NCBI GenBank assembly: GCA_958415665.1
Contig: CATYZK010000004.1
Coordinates: 20,142-84,141 of the forward strand
From: an uncultured Collinsella sp.
GTDB taxonomy: Bacteria; Actinomycetota; Coriobacteriia; Coriobacteriales; Coriobacteriaceae
DNA: 64,000 nucleotides
Direction of reading: 5' to 3'
This document shows positions 57,362 to 64,000 of the stretch, in pieces (the stretch's first letter is position 1; each line of letters opens with the position of its first letter). The notes under the pieces are model-generated. The model ran no database searches, had not been told where the DNA came from, and was given only the letters and a program-made list of their open reading frames with translations. Both the position numbers and the translations under genes were made by a program.

Positions 57362-60106
57362 CTACTTCTTCTTTTTGCTCGGCATCGAGACTTTGATGCC
57401 CTGGGCCGATTTGGTCACGCGGGAACGCTTGGCTCCCGTGCTCTTCTTTTTCTTGGGTTGCGGTTGGCCCTGGGCCACGCCCTCGAGTGCACGGGCCTCG
57501 GCCTCGCGGACAGTGCGCGCCTCTCGGCGCTGCGCCATATCGGCGGCGACGCGCTTGGCAAAACGCTCCGCCGTCGAACCCGTCGAGCTCACCTTGCCGC
57601 CACCGCGACCCAGGCGGACGCGCACGCCGCGGCCAAAACCTGTTGCGGCATGACGACGACGCGGCTTGAGCGAATCCATCATCGTGGCGAGCTTAAAGAA
57701 CACCGAGCAGGTAAAGACCACGATGACAGCTAGGATAACCATCTGGCCCATCGTCAGGTTGGCAATAGACAGCAGCTTTGGGAATCCGATAACGCCCGTC
57801 AGGATGCCGACGACTACAAACACAAAGAGCGCCACACGTAGGGGCGTGAGAGGCTGCGAGATGCGCCAGATCAGGCTGACGCTCGCCGCACACGATGTGA
57901 GCAGGCACATCGTAGACAGCGTGAGCTGGCTAAAGCCAAACGCGCGCGCCACAAAGATATCGAGCGCCGCAGCCATAATGACCGCCAGCGACGCCGGCAG
58001 CGCACGCTTGAGTACGTTCGTCAGGAACGACCCCTTCACGCGAGCATTGTTGGGCTCCAGGCCCAACACAAAGCCCGGCGCGCCGATGCAGAAGAAGTTA
58101 ATGAGCGTCATCTGGATGGGCTCGAAGGGGTACGGCGGCAGCGCGATGCACAGCGCCGCCAGGCCCATCGAGAACAGCGTCTTGGTCAAGAAGAGCGAAG
58201 CCGAACGCTGCAGGTTGTTGATGGAGCGACGGCCTTCGGCCACCACGGCGGGCATCGAGGCAAAGTCGTTGTCGACGAGTACGATCTCGGCCACGTTGCG
58301 CGCGGCATCGGAGCCGGCCGCCATGGCGACGGAGCAGTCGGCCTCCTTGAGCGCCAGCACGTCGTTGACGCCGTCGCCCGTCATGGCCACGGTGTGCTCG
58401 CGGCGCTTGAGCGCCTGCACGAGCTCGCGCTTCTGCTGCGGGGTCACACGACCAAAGACATGGTAGCGGTCCACTGCGGCATCGAGCTTGGCCGGCGTAT
58501 CGAGCGTCGTGGCGTCCACATAAGCGTCCGCACCCGGCACGCCCACCACGCGCGCGATCGACGACACCGTACGCGGGTCGTCGCCACTGATCACGTTGAG
58601 AGTCACGCCCTGCTCGTTAAAGTAGCCGATGGTCTCGGCCGCCGAGGTACGGATCTCGTCGCGGATGGTCACAAAGCCCACGGGCTCGGCCTCGCCCACC
58701 ATATCGCCATCGGGCGTAAAGCCGTCCACGCGCGCCACCACGAGCACGCGGCAGGTATCGGCAAGCTCGGCGACACGGTTCTCGACCTGGGCAAACGCAC
58801 GATCAGAGAGCACAAACTGCGCCGCACCCATCACATAGGAGCCCTGCACAAACGACGCGCCGCTCCACTTTTTGGAGGACGAGAACGGAATGACCGACAG
58901 CGGCTCGGACACCTCGACCGGGCGATCGGCGTAATAGTTGAGCAGTGCCTGGCAGGTCTCGTTGGCATCGGCCGAAGTCGCACGCGCCACGTTGGCGAGC
59001 GCAAAATCGAGCACCGTGGTATCGACGGGAACGGCCACCTCGTCCGAGTCCACACCAAAGCTCACGTCCTCAACCGGCAGCGGATAGGTGCCCTCGACCT
59101 CCATACGGCCCGAGGTAATGGTGCCCGTCTTGTCCAGGCACAGCACATCGACGCGCGCGAGCGTCTCGATGCAGTAGAGCTGCTGGGCCAACACCTTGCG
59201 ACGTGCCAGACGCACCGTGGCGATGGCGAGCACCGACGAGGTCAGCAGCACCAAACCCTGCGGAATCATGCCCAGCAGGGCGCCCACCGTGGACAGCAGC
59301 GCCGACGAGGGCACGCGGCCGGCCAGCAGCTCGGAGAAGCACCACGAAAGCGCGCTATCGCCCGGGGTTCCCGCGGCATCCCACAGCTCGCTCACGCTCG
59401 AGGCAAACAACGCCAAACCGAGCGGGATCATGATGATGCTCGCAAAGCGCACGATGGCGTTCAGCGCGTTCATGATCTCGGAATTGACCTTTTTGACGTA
59501 CTTGGCCTCGTTATTAATTTTGGCTACGTAGTTGTCGGCGCCGACATGGATCACGCGGGCGCGCAGCAGGCCCGAGTCGATAAAGCTGCCGCTCATGAGC
59601 TCGGAACCGGGCTGTTTCTTAATAAGATCGCTCTCGCCCGTCAGCAGGCTCTCGTTCACGAGCGCCTCGCCCGAAACCACCACGGCGTCAGCGGGGATCT
59701 GGTCGCCGCGCCCCAGGCGGATGATGTCGTCGAGCACGATCTGGTCCAGGTCGAGCTCCACCTCGGAGCCGTCGCGCACCGCGATGGCCTTCTTGGAAGT
59801 CAGCAGCGTGAGCTTATCGACCATCTTCTTGGAGCGCATGGACTGAATGACGCCAATAGCGGTATTGAGGAACACCACGAACAGGAACGTCAGATTCTTA
59901 AACGAACCGGTCAAAATGACCAGGAACGCCAAGATCACGTTGATCAAATTGAACAGCGTGCAGAGGTTCTCGATGATGAGCTCTTTGACCGACTTGGTCT
60001 TGAGCTCCATGTTACGGTTGATCTTACCGGCGGCGATGCGCTCCTCGACCTCGGCGGTCGAGAGTCCGCGCTCGATATCCGTTGCTGCCATACCACGTCC
60101 CATCAC
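57362..60106 (-). CDS. cation-translocating P-type ATPase
   Basis: DKTGTIT phosphorylation site, TGES, and TGDGVNDVLALKEAD motifs. About 10 TM segments. Basic C-terminal tail of about 100 aa. The start is GTG 60106 or ATG 60091. Confidence 0.93.
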   Translation of the reverse strand: MMGRGMAATDIERGLSTAEVEERIAAGKINRNMELKTKSVKELIIENLCTLFNLINVILAFLVILTGSFKNLTFLFVVFLNTAIGVIQSMRSKKMVDKLTLLTSKKAIAVRDGSEVELDLDQIVLDDIIRLGRGDQIPADAVVVSGEALVNESLLTGESDLIKKQPGSELMSGSFIDSGLLRARVIHVGADNYVAKINNEAKYVKKVNSEIMNALNAIVRFASIIMIPLGLALFASSVSELWDAAGTPGDSALSWCFSELLAGRVPSSALLSTVGALLGMIPQGLVLLTSSVLAIATVRLARRKVLAQQLYCIETLARVDVLCLDKTGTITSGRMEVEGTYPLPVEDVSFGVDSDEVAVPVDTTVLDFALANVARATSADANETCQALLNYYADRPVEVSEPLSVIPFSSSKKWSGASFVQGSYVMGAAQFVLSDRAFAQVENRVAELADTCRVLVVARVDGFTPDGDMVGEAEPVGFVTIRDEIRTSAAETIGYFNEQGVTLNVISGDDPRTVSSIARVVGVPGADAYVDATTLDTPAKLDAAVDRYHVFGRVTPQQKRELVQALKRREHTVAMTGDGVNDVLALKEADCSVAMAAGSDAARNVAEIVLVDNDFASMPAVVAEGRRSINNLQRSASLFLTKTLFSMGLAALCIALPPYPFEPIQMTLINFFCIGAPGFVLGLEPNNARVKGSFLTNVLKRALPASLAVIMAAALDIFVARAFGFSQLTLSTMCLLTSCAASVSLIWRISQPLTPLRVALFVFVVVGILTGVIGFPKLLSIANLTMGQMVILAVIVVFTCSVFFKLATMMDSLKPRRRHAATGFGRGVRVRLGRGGGKVSSTGSTAERFAKRVAADMAQRREARTVREAEARALEGVAQGQPQPKKKKSTGAKRSRVTKSAQGIKVSMPSKKKK

Positions 60107-60119
60107 GTCGCGTCGGTAT

Positions 60120-60156
60120 AAGAAAAACCGCCCGGACCATGCGAGGTTCGGACGGT
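60120..60156 (-). terminator. rho-independent terminator after tRNA-Arg
   Basis: The minus strand reads ACCGTCCGAACC-TCGCAT-GGTCCGGGCGGT followed by TTTTCTTAT. Confidence 0.65.
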
Positions 60157-60167
60157 CTTACGTTCGA

Positions 60168-60244
60168 TGGTGCCCCATGTTGGATTCGAACCAACGGCCT
60201 TCTGCTCCGGAGGCAGACGCTCTAATCCCCTGAGCTAATAGGGC
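60168..60244 (-). tRNA. tRNA-Arg (anticodon CCG)
   Basis: 77 nt, folded by hand. Acceptor GCCCTAT/ATGGGGC, D arm GCTC/GAGC, anticodon stem TCTGC/GCAGA with loop CTCCGGA, T arm GTTGG-TTCGAAT-CCAAC, encoded CCA. Confidence 0.93.
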
Positions 60245-60337
60245 CAACGTTTGGCATTATACCCAAGTGCACCACGGGCTATCAAAATAAAAGAAAAAGC
60301 TTTGCAATTCCGAGGAAGACGCGCCGCATCGGCACAC

Positions 60338-60367
60338 TTTAGAAGGCAAAAGTGAGTCAGATAGTAT
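60338..60367 (+). promoter_or_regulatory. candidate promoter of the aro operon
   Basis: TTTAGA, 18-nt spacer, TAGTAT. Confidence 0.35.
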
Positions 60368-60391
60368 AAACTCTCATGCACCATATATACA

Positions 60392-60415
60392 CGGCTCGCG
60401 ATGCGGGCCGTTTTT
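60392..60415 (+). promoter_or_regulatory. terminator-like hairpin plus T5 in the aroF leader (candidate attenuator)
   Basis: CGGCTCGC-GAT-GCGGGCCG (8 bp including one G-U pair) followed by TTTTT. It ends 33 nt upstream of the aroF ATG. No upstream plus-strand gene exists for it to terminate. Confidence 0.4.
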
Positions 60416-60448
60416 GCAAAGGATATCCATCGAGGTGAGAGGCACACC

Positions 60449-61474
60449 ATGATTGCAATTTTAAAGCAGAGCGCCAGCGACGAGGCCGTCAGCCACATCG
60501 TCAGCTGGATTGAGAAGAAGGGTCTCAAGACCGACGTCTCGCGCGGCGAGAACGAAACCATCATTGGCCTGGTGGGCGACACGACCAAGATCGACCCGTT
60601 CCTGCTCGAGTCCATGGGCGTCGTCGAGCGCGTGCAGCGCGTCTCCGAACCGTTCAAGCGCGCCAACCGCAAGTTCCACCCCGAGGACTCCGTCATCGAC
60701 TGCGGCCACGGCGTCAAGATCGGCGGCGACCAGTTCCAGGTCATCGCCGGCCCCTGCTCCGTCGAGGGCGAGAACCTCATCCGCATCGCCCGCCGCGTGA
60801 AGGCCGCCGGCGCCACGATGCTGCGCGGCGGCGCCTACAAGCCGCGCACCTCCCCGTACGCCTACCAGGGCATGGGCCCCGCCGGCCTAGACCTGCTGTG
60901 CGAGGCATCGGCCGAGCTCGACATGCCGATCGTCACCGAAATCATGGACCCGCGCGACGTGCAGGTCTTCCTGGACAAGAAGATCGACGTCATGCAGATC
61001 GGCGCCCGCAACGCCCAGAACTTCCCCCTGCTCAAGGAGGTCGGCAAGACGCAGACCCCAATTCTGCTTAAGCGCGGCATGTCCGGCACGATCGACGAGC
61101 TGCTCATGGCTGCCGAGTACATCATGAGCGAGGGCAACGACAACGTCATCCTGTGCGAGCGCGGCATCCGCACCTTCGAGACCCGCACCCGCAACACCTT
61201 CGACCTCAACGCCGTACCGGTGCTGCACCACCTGTCGCACCTGCCCGTCGTCGCCGATCCCAGCCACGCCACCGGATACACCCGCTATGTTGAGCCCATG
61301 GCGCTCGCCGCGACCGCCTGCGGTGCCAACGGCCTGGAGATCGAGGTCCACGACGACCCGAGCCACGCCTGGTCCGACGGCGCTCAGGCCCTCACCCCCG
61401 ACCAGTTCGACGACACCATGCGCCGCATCCGCGCCATTCGCGAGGTCGTCTGCCAAGAGACCGTTACGGAGTAG
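60449..61474 (+). CDS. aroF: 3-deoxy-7-phosphoheptulonate (DAHP) synthase, type I-beta with N-terminal regulatory domain
   Basis: GPCSVE...LRGGAYKPRTSPYAYQG KDO8PS-like core, preceded by a ferredoxin-like domain of about 70 aa. GAGGTGAGAGG RBS upstream of ATG 60449. Confidence 0.9.
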   Translation: MIAILKQSASDEAVSHIVSWIEKKGLKTDVSRGENETIIGLVGDTTKIDPFLLESMGVVERVQRVSEPFKRANRKFHPEDSVIDCGHGVKIGGDQFQVIAGPCSVEGENLIRIARRVKAAGATMLRGGAYKPRTSPYAYQGMGPAGLDLLCEASAELDMPIVTEIMDPRDVQVFLDKKIDVMQIGARNAQNFPLLKEVGKTQTPILLKRGMSGTIDELLMAAEYIMSEGNDNVILCERGIRTFETRTRNTFDLNAVPVLHHLSHLPVVADPSHATGYTRYVEPMALAATACGANGLEIEVHDDPSHAWSDGAQALTPDQFDDTMRRIRAIREVVCQETVTE

Positions 61475-61477
61475 CAC

Positions 61478-62392
61478 ATGGGTACGGTGAGAAACGCACG
61501 CGTTAACCAGGGTGGCCCCAAGTGTGCCGGCATTGTAGGCCTGGGCCTCATCGGCGGCAGCTTTGCCCGCGGCTATGCGCAGGCGGGCGTCCGTGTGCTG
61601 GCCTGGGATCCCGATGACGATGTCATGACGGCAGCCAGCATGGGCACCGTCGCCGGCGAGCTCAACGACGAGACGCTCGGCGAGTGCGACATTATCGTGC
61701 TGGCCTGCTACCCCGAGGCGTGCATCGAGTGGCTCGAGGCGCACGCCCAGGCGCTCGCCGACGCCACCGACACCGAGGCCATCATGGGCCCCGTGGTCAT
61801 CGACACCGTGGGCGTCAAGGGCATCGTGTGCGAGCGCGCCTTTGAGCTCGCCCGCGAGCACGGCTTCTACTTTGTGGGCGCGCACCCTATGGCGGGCACG
61901 CAGTTCTCGGGCTACGCGCACTCCCGCGCCGACCTGTTCCAGGGCGCACCGCTGGTGCTCGTGCCGCCTGCGGTGGACGACGCACTTAAGCTGGAGCTCT
62001 TGGGCCAGGTGCGCGAGATGGTGCGCCCCCTGGGCTTTGGCAAGTTCAGCGTGACCAGCGCTGCCGAGCACGACCGCGTCATCGCCTTTACGAGCCAGCT
62101 CGCGCACGTCGTCTCCAACGCCTATGTAAAGAGCCCGACCGCCCAGGTCCACCACGGCTTTTCGGCCGGTAGCTACCGCGACCTCACCCGCGTGGCGCAC
62201 CTCAACCCGCAGATGTGGTCCGAGCTCATGATCGACGACGCCGGCGCGCTCGCCTTCGAGATTGACCATCTCATCGAATCGCTAGGCGCCTACAGCCGTG
62301 CACTCAAGGACCGCGACCAGCGCTATCTGGAGAACCTCCTTGCCGAGGGCGACCGCATTAAGCGCGCGCTCGACGACGAGGCCTCCCACTAG
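61478..62392 (+). CDS. tyrA: prephenate dehydrogenase
   Basis: IVGLGLIGGSFA Rossmann motif and the HPMAG catalytic motif. Confidence 0.88.
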   Translation: MGTVRNARVNQGGPKCAGIVGLGLIGGSFARGYAQAGVRVLAWDPDDDVMTAASMGTVAGELNDETLGECDIIVLACYPEACIEWLEAHAQALADATDTEAIMGPVVIDTVGVKGIVCERAFELAREHGFYFVGAHPMAGTQFSGYAHSRADLFQGAPLVLVPPAVDDALKLELLGQVREMVRPLGFGKFSVTSAAEHDRVIAFTSQLAHVVSNAYVKSPTAQVHHGFSAGSYRDLTRVAHLNPQMWSELMIDDAGALAFEIDHLIESLGAYSRALKDRDQRYLENLLAEGDRIKRALDDEASH

Positions 62393-62428
62393 ACCACCTA
62401 TCACGCCAGGTCGAAAGGACCGAAGCTT

Positions 62429-63535
62429 ATGGCGATTACCATCGATATCGACACCGCACGCCCCTACCAGGTGCATGTGGGCACGTTTTTGCTGGAGCAG
62501 GCGGGCGAGCTTGTGCGCGCCACCGCCGGCGGCTCGCGCGCCGTCATCGTGACGGACACCAACGTAGGCCCGCTCTACCAGATGCCCGTTAAGCAGAGCC
62601 TTGAGGCAGCTGGCTACGAGGTGAGCATCTGCACCTTCGAGGCCGGCGAGGCCCATAAGCGCGCCGAGACATACGTTGCCATTTTGGAGTTTGTGGCCGA
62701 GCACGAGCTTTCGCGCTCCGACGTGATCGTGGCGCTCGGCGGCGGCGTCGTGGGCGATGTGGCCGGCTTTGTGGCCGCCACCTACATGCGCGGCTGCAAG
62801 TTTGTGCAGATCCCCACGAGCCTGCTTGCCATGGTAGATTCTTCGGTGGGCGGCAAGACGGCTATCGACCTGGCTGCCGGCAAGAACCTCGCCGGCGCCT
62901 TTTGGCAGCCGAGCGTTGTTATCGCCGACGTGGGGTGTCTGGCGACCCTCACGCCCGAGCAGTTCGCCGACGGCTGTGGCGAGGTCGTCAAGCACGCCGT
63001 GATCGCCGATCCCGAGCTTTTCGACGAGCTGGAGAAGACCCCGCTCACGCTGGAACTCCTCAATAAGGACGTGGCCCGCGTAGCGCTCATCATCGCCCGC
63101 AATATCGACATCAAGCGCGCCGTGGTCGTTGCCGATGAGCGCGAGACCAACCAGCGCAAGCTGCTCAACTTTGGACACAGCGCCGGACACGCCGTCGAGG
63201 CCTGCGAGCACTTTGAGCTCGGCCACGGCAACTGTGTGTCGATCGGCATGGGCATCATCACGCGCGCCGCGGCCCTGCACGGTGTTTGCGATGCCGAGCT
63301 GCCCGGTCGTATTGAGGAGCTCTGCGCCCGTCACGGCCTCAAGACTCGCTGCAACTTGGATGCCGATACCGTCTTTGCCGAGGCGCTCCACGACAAGAAG
63401 CGCGCGGGCGACACCATCGACCTGGTGATTCCGCACGGCATTGGCCGCTGCAGCATCGACCGCACACCGCTTTCCACCTTCCATGATTTAATTGCCGAAG
63501 GCCTCGGCCAGAAGGGAGACGCTTCCGCATGCTAG
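62429..63535 (+). CDS. aroB: 3-dehydroquinate synthase
   Basis: GGGVVGDVAGFVAATYMRG, DSSVGGKT and LNFGHSAGHA motifs. Confidence 0.93.
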   Translation: MAITIDIDTARPYQVHVGTFLLEQAGELVRATAGGSRAVIVTDTNVGPLYQMPVKQSLEAAGYEVSICTFEAGEAHKRAETYVAILEFVAEHELSRSDVIVALGGGVVGDVAGFVAATYMRGCKFVQIPTSLLAMVDSSVGGKTAIDLAAGKNLAGAFWQPSVVIADVGCLATLTPEQFADGCGEVVKHAVIADPELFDELEKTPLTLELLNKDVARVALIIARNIDIKRAVVVADERETNQRKLLNFGHSAGHAVEACEHFELGHGNCVSIGMGIITRAAALHGVCDAELPGRIEELCARHGLKTRCNLDADTVFAEALHDKKRAGDTIDLVIPHGIGRCSIDRTPLSTFHDLIAEGLGQKGDASAC

Positions 63536-64000
63536 CCCGCATCACCCCGTCCCCGCTCAAGGGCACCGTTCCCGCCATCGCGTCCAAGTCGATGGCGCAC
63601 CGCCTGATCATCTGCGCCGCACTTGCCAACGGCGAGACGCACGTCACCTGCAACACCACCTGCGCCGATATCGAGGCCACGGTTCGCTGCCTCACGGCGC
63701 TCGGCGCCCGTATCGAGACCGTCGAGGACGGTTTCCAGGTCCATCCCACCATGAAGAGCGTTGAATTTGGCCTGCTCAAAGCCCTTGCCGGCGGTACGCT
63801 CGACTGCGGCGAGAGCGGCTCCACGCTCCGCTTTATGCTGCCCGTCGCCTGCGCGCTGGGCGCGGAGGCCACCTTTGTGGGCCAGGGTCGCCTGGGCGCC
63901 CGCCCGCTCTCCCCGCTTTCGGACGAGATTATTGCCGCCGGTTGCGACCTGCAGGGCTTGGGTGGCTTTCCGCTCAAGACGAGCGGCCGCATGCGCCCGG
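63529..64000 (+). CDS. aroA: 3-phosphoshikimate 1-carboxyvinyltransferase, N-terminal part (runs off window end)
   Basis: The ATG at 63529 overlaps the aroB stop (ATGCTAG). My translation MLARITPSPLKGTVPAIASKSMAHRLIICAALANGE contains the EPSP synthase SKS motif. Confidence 0.85.
   Translation, partial: MLARITPSPLKGTVPAIASKSMAHRLIICAALANGETHVTCNTTCADIEATVRCLTALGARIETVEDGFQVHPTMKSVEFGLLKALAGGTLDCGESGSTLRFMLPVACALGAEATFVGQGRLGARPLSPLSDEIIAAGCDLQGLGGFPLKTSGRMRP

Noticed and set aside
60245-60448. Replication origin at the minus-to-plus strand switch between tRNA-Arg and aroF
   Set aside because: The gene-orientation switch would fit an origin. However, I see no cluster of DnaA boxes (only one 7-of-9 match, TTATACCCA). 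There is no dnaA, dnaN or rpmH nearby. Other plus-strand genes also occur upstream. The spacer is better explained as the aro promoter and leader.

Overview
High-GC (about 60%) core chromosome segment. It looks actinobacterial, probably Coriobacteriia-like: mihF is present and the gene order is otherwise Firmicutes-like. This taxonomic placement is inference only. About 64 genes are packed tightly, almost all on the minus strand. In coordinate order they are: thiI' (partial), rpoZ, gmk, mihF; the pyr operon pyrR-pyrB-pyrC-pyrK-pyrD-pyrF; a plus-strand block (rpmB, a RayT/IS200-like transposase remnant, adhE, an APH-family kinase); proS-ispG-rseP-dxr-cdsA-uppS-frr-pyrH-tsf-rpsB; xerC-trmFO-dprA-comM-yraN-rnhB-rplS; ppdK with its regulator gene; glyQS; lepB-trmD-rimM-KH-rpsP; dinB (plus strand); rsfS-yqeK-nadD-obg-rpmA-rplU; a radical-SAM pair (TIGR03960/TIGR03936 type); an uncharacterised protein; rodA-mrdA-mreDCB; genes for a TPR protein, a cyclophilin and a zinc-ribbon protein; a P-type ATPase; tRNA-Arg(CCG); and a plus-strand aromatic amino acid operon (aroF-tyrA-aroB-aroA'). 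I found no CRISPR array, intact mobile element, prophage or recognisable defence system, and no convincing new multi-gene system. The things worth a second look are small cis elements and local rearrangements. (1) An identical 14-nt GNRA-hairpin palindrome sits directly 5' of the Shine-Dalgarno of both ppdK and its regulator gene. (2) A 35-nt palindromic REP/BIME-like repeat family has 3 copies at 2 loci, each just 3' of a stop codon. (3) A RayT-like transposase fragment is bracketed by 25-bp inverted repeats. (4) A perfect 164-bp tandem duplication copies a gene 3' end plus a strong promoter upstream of the cyclophilin gene. (5) The conserved N-terminus of xerC lies upstream of any canonical start codon. 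(6) Several candidate leader, attenuator and operator structures were found (pyrR, the aro operon, adhE, ppdK). The long antisense ORFs in the track are high-GC artefacts.
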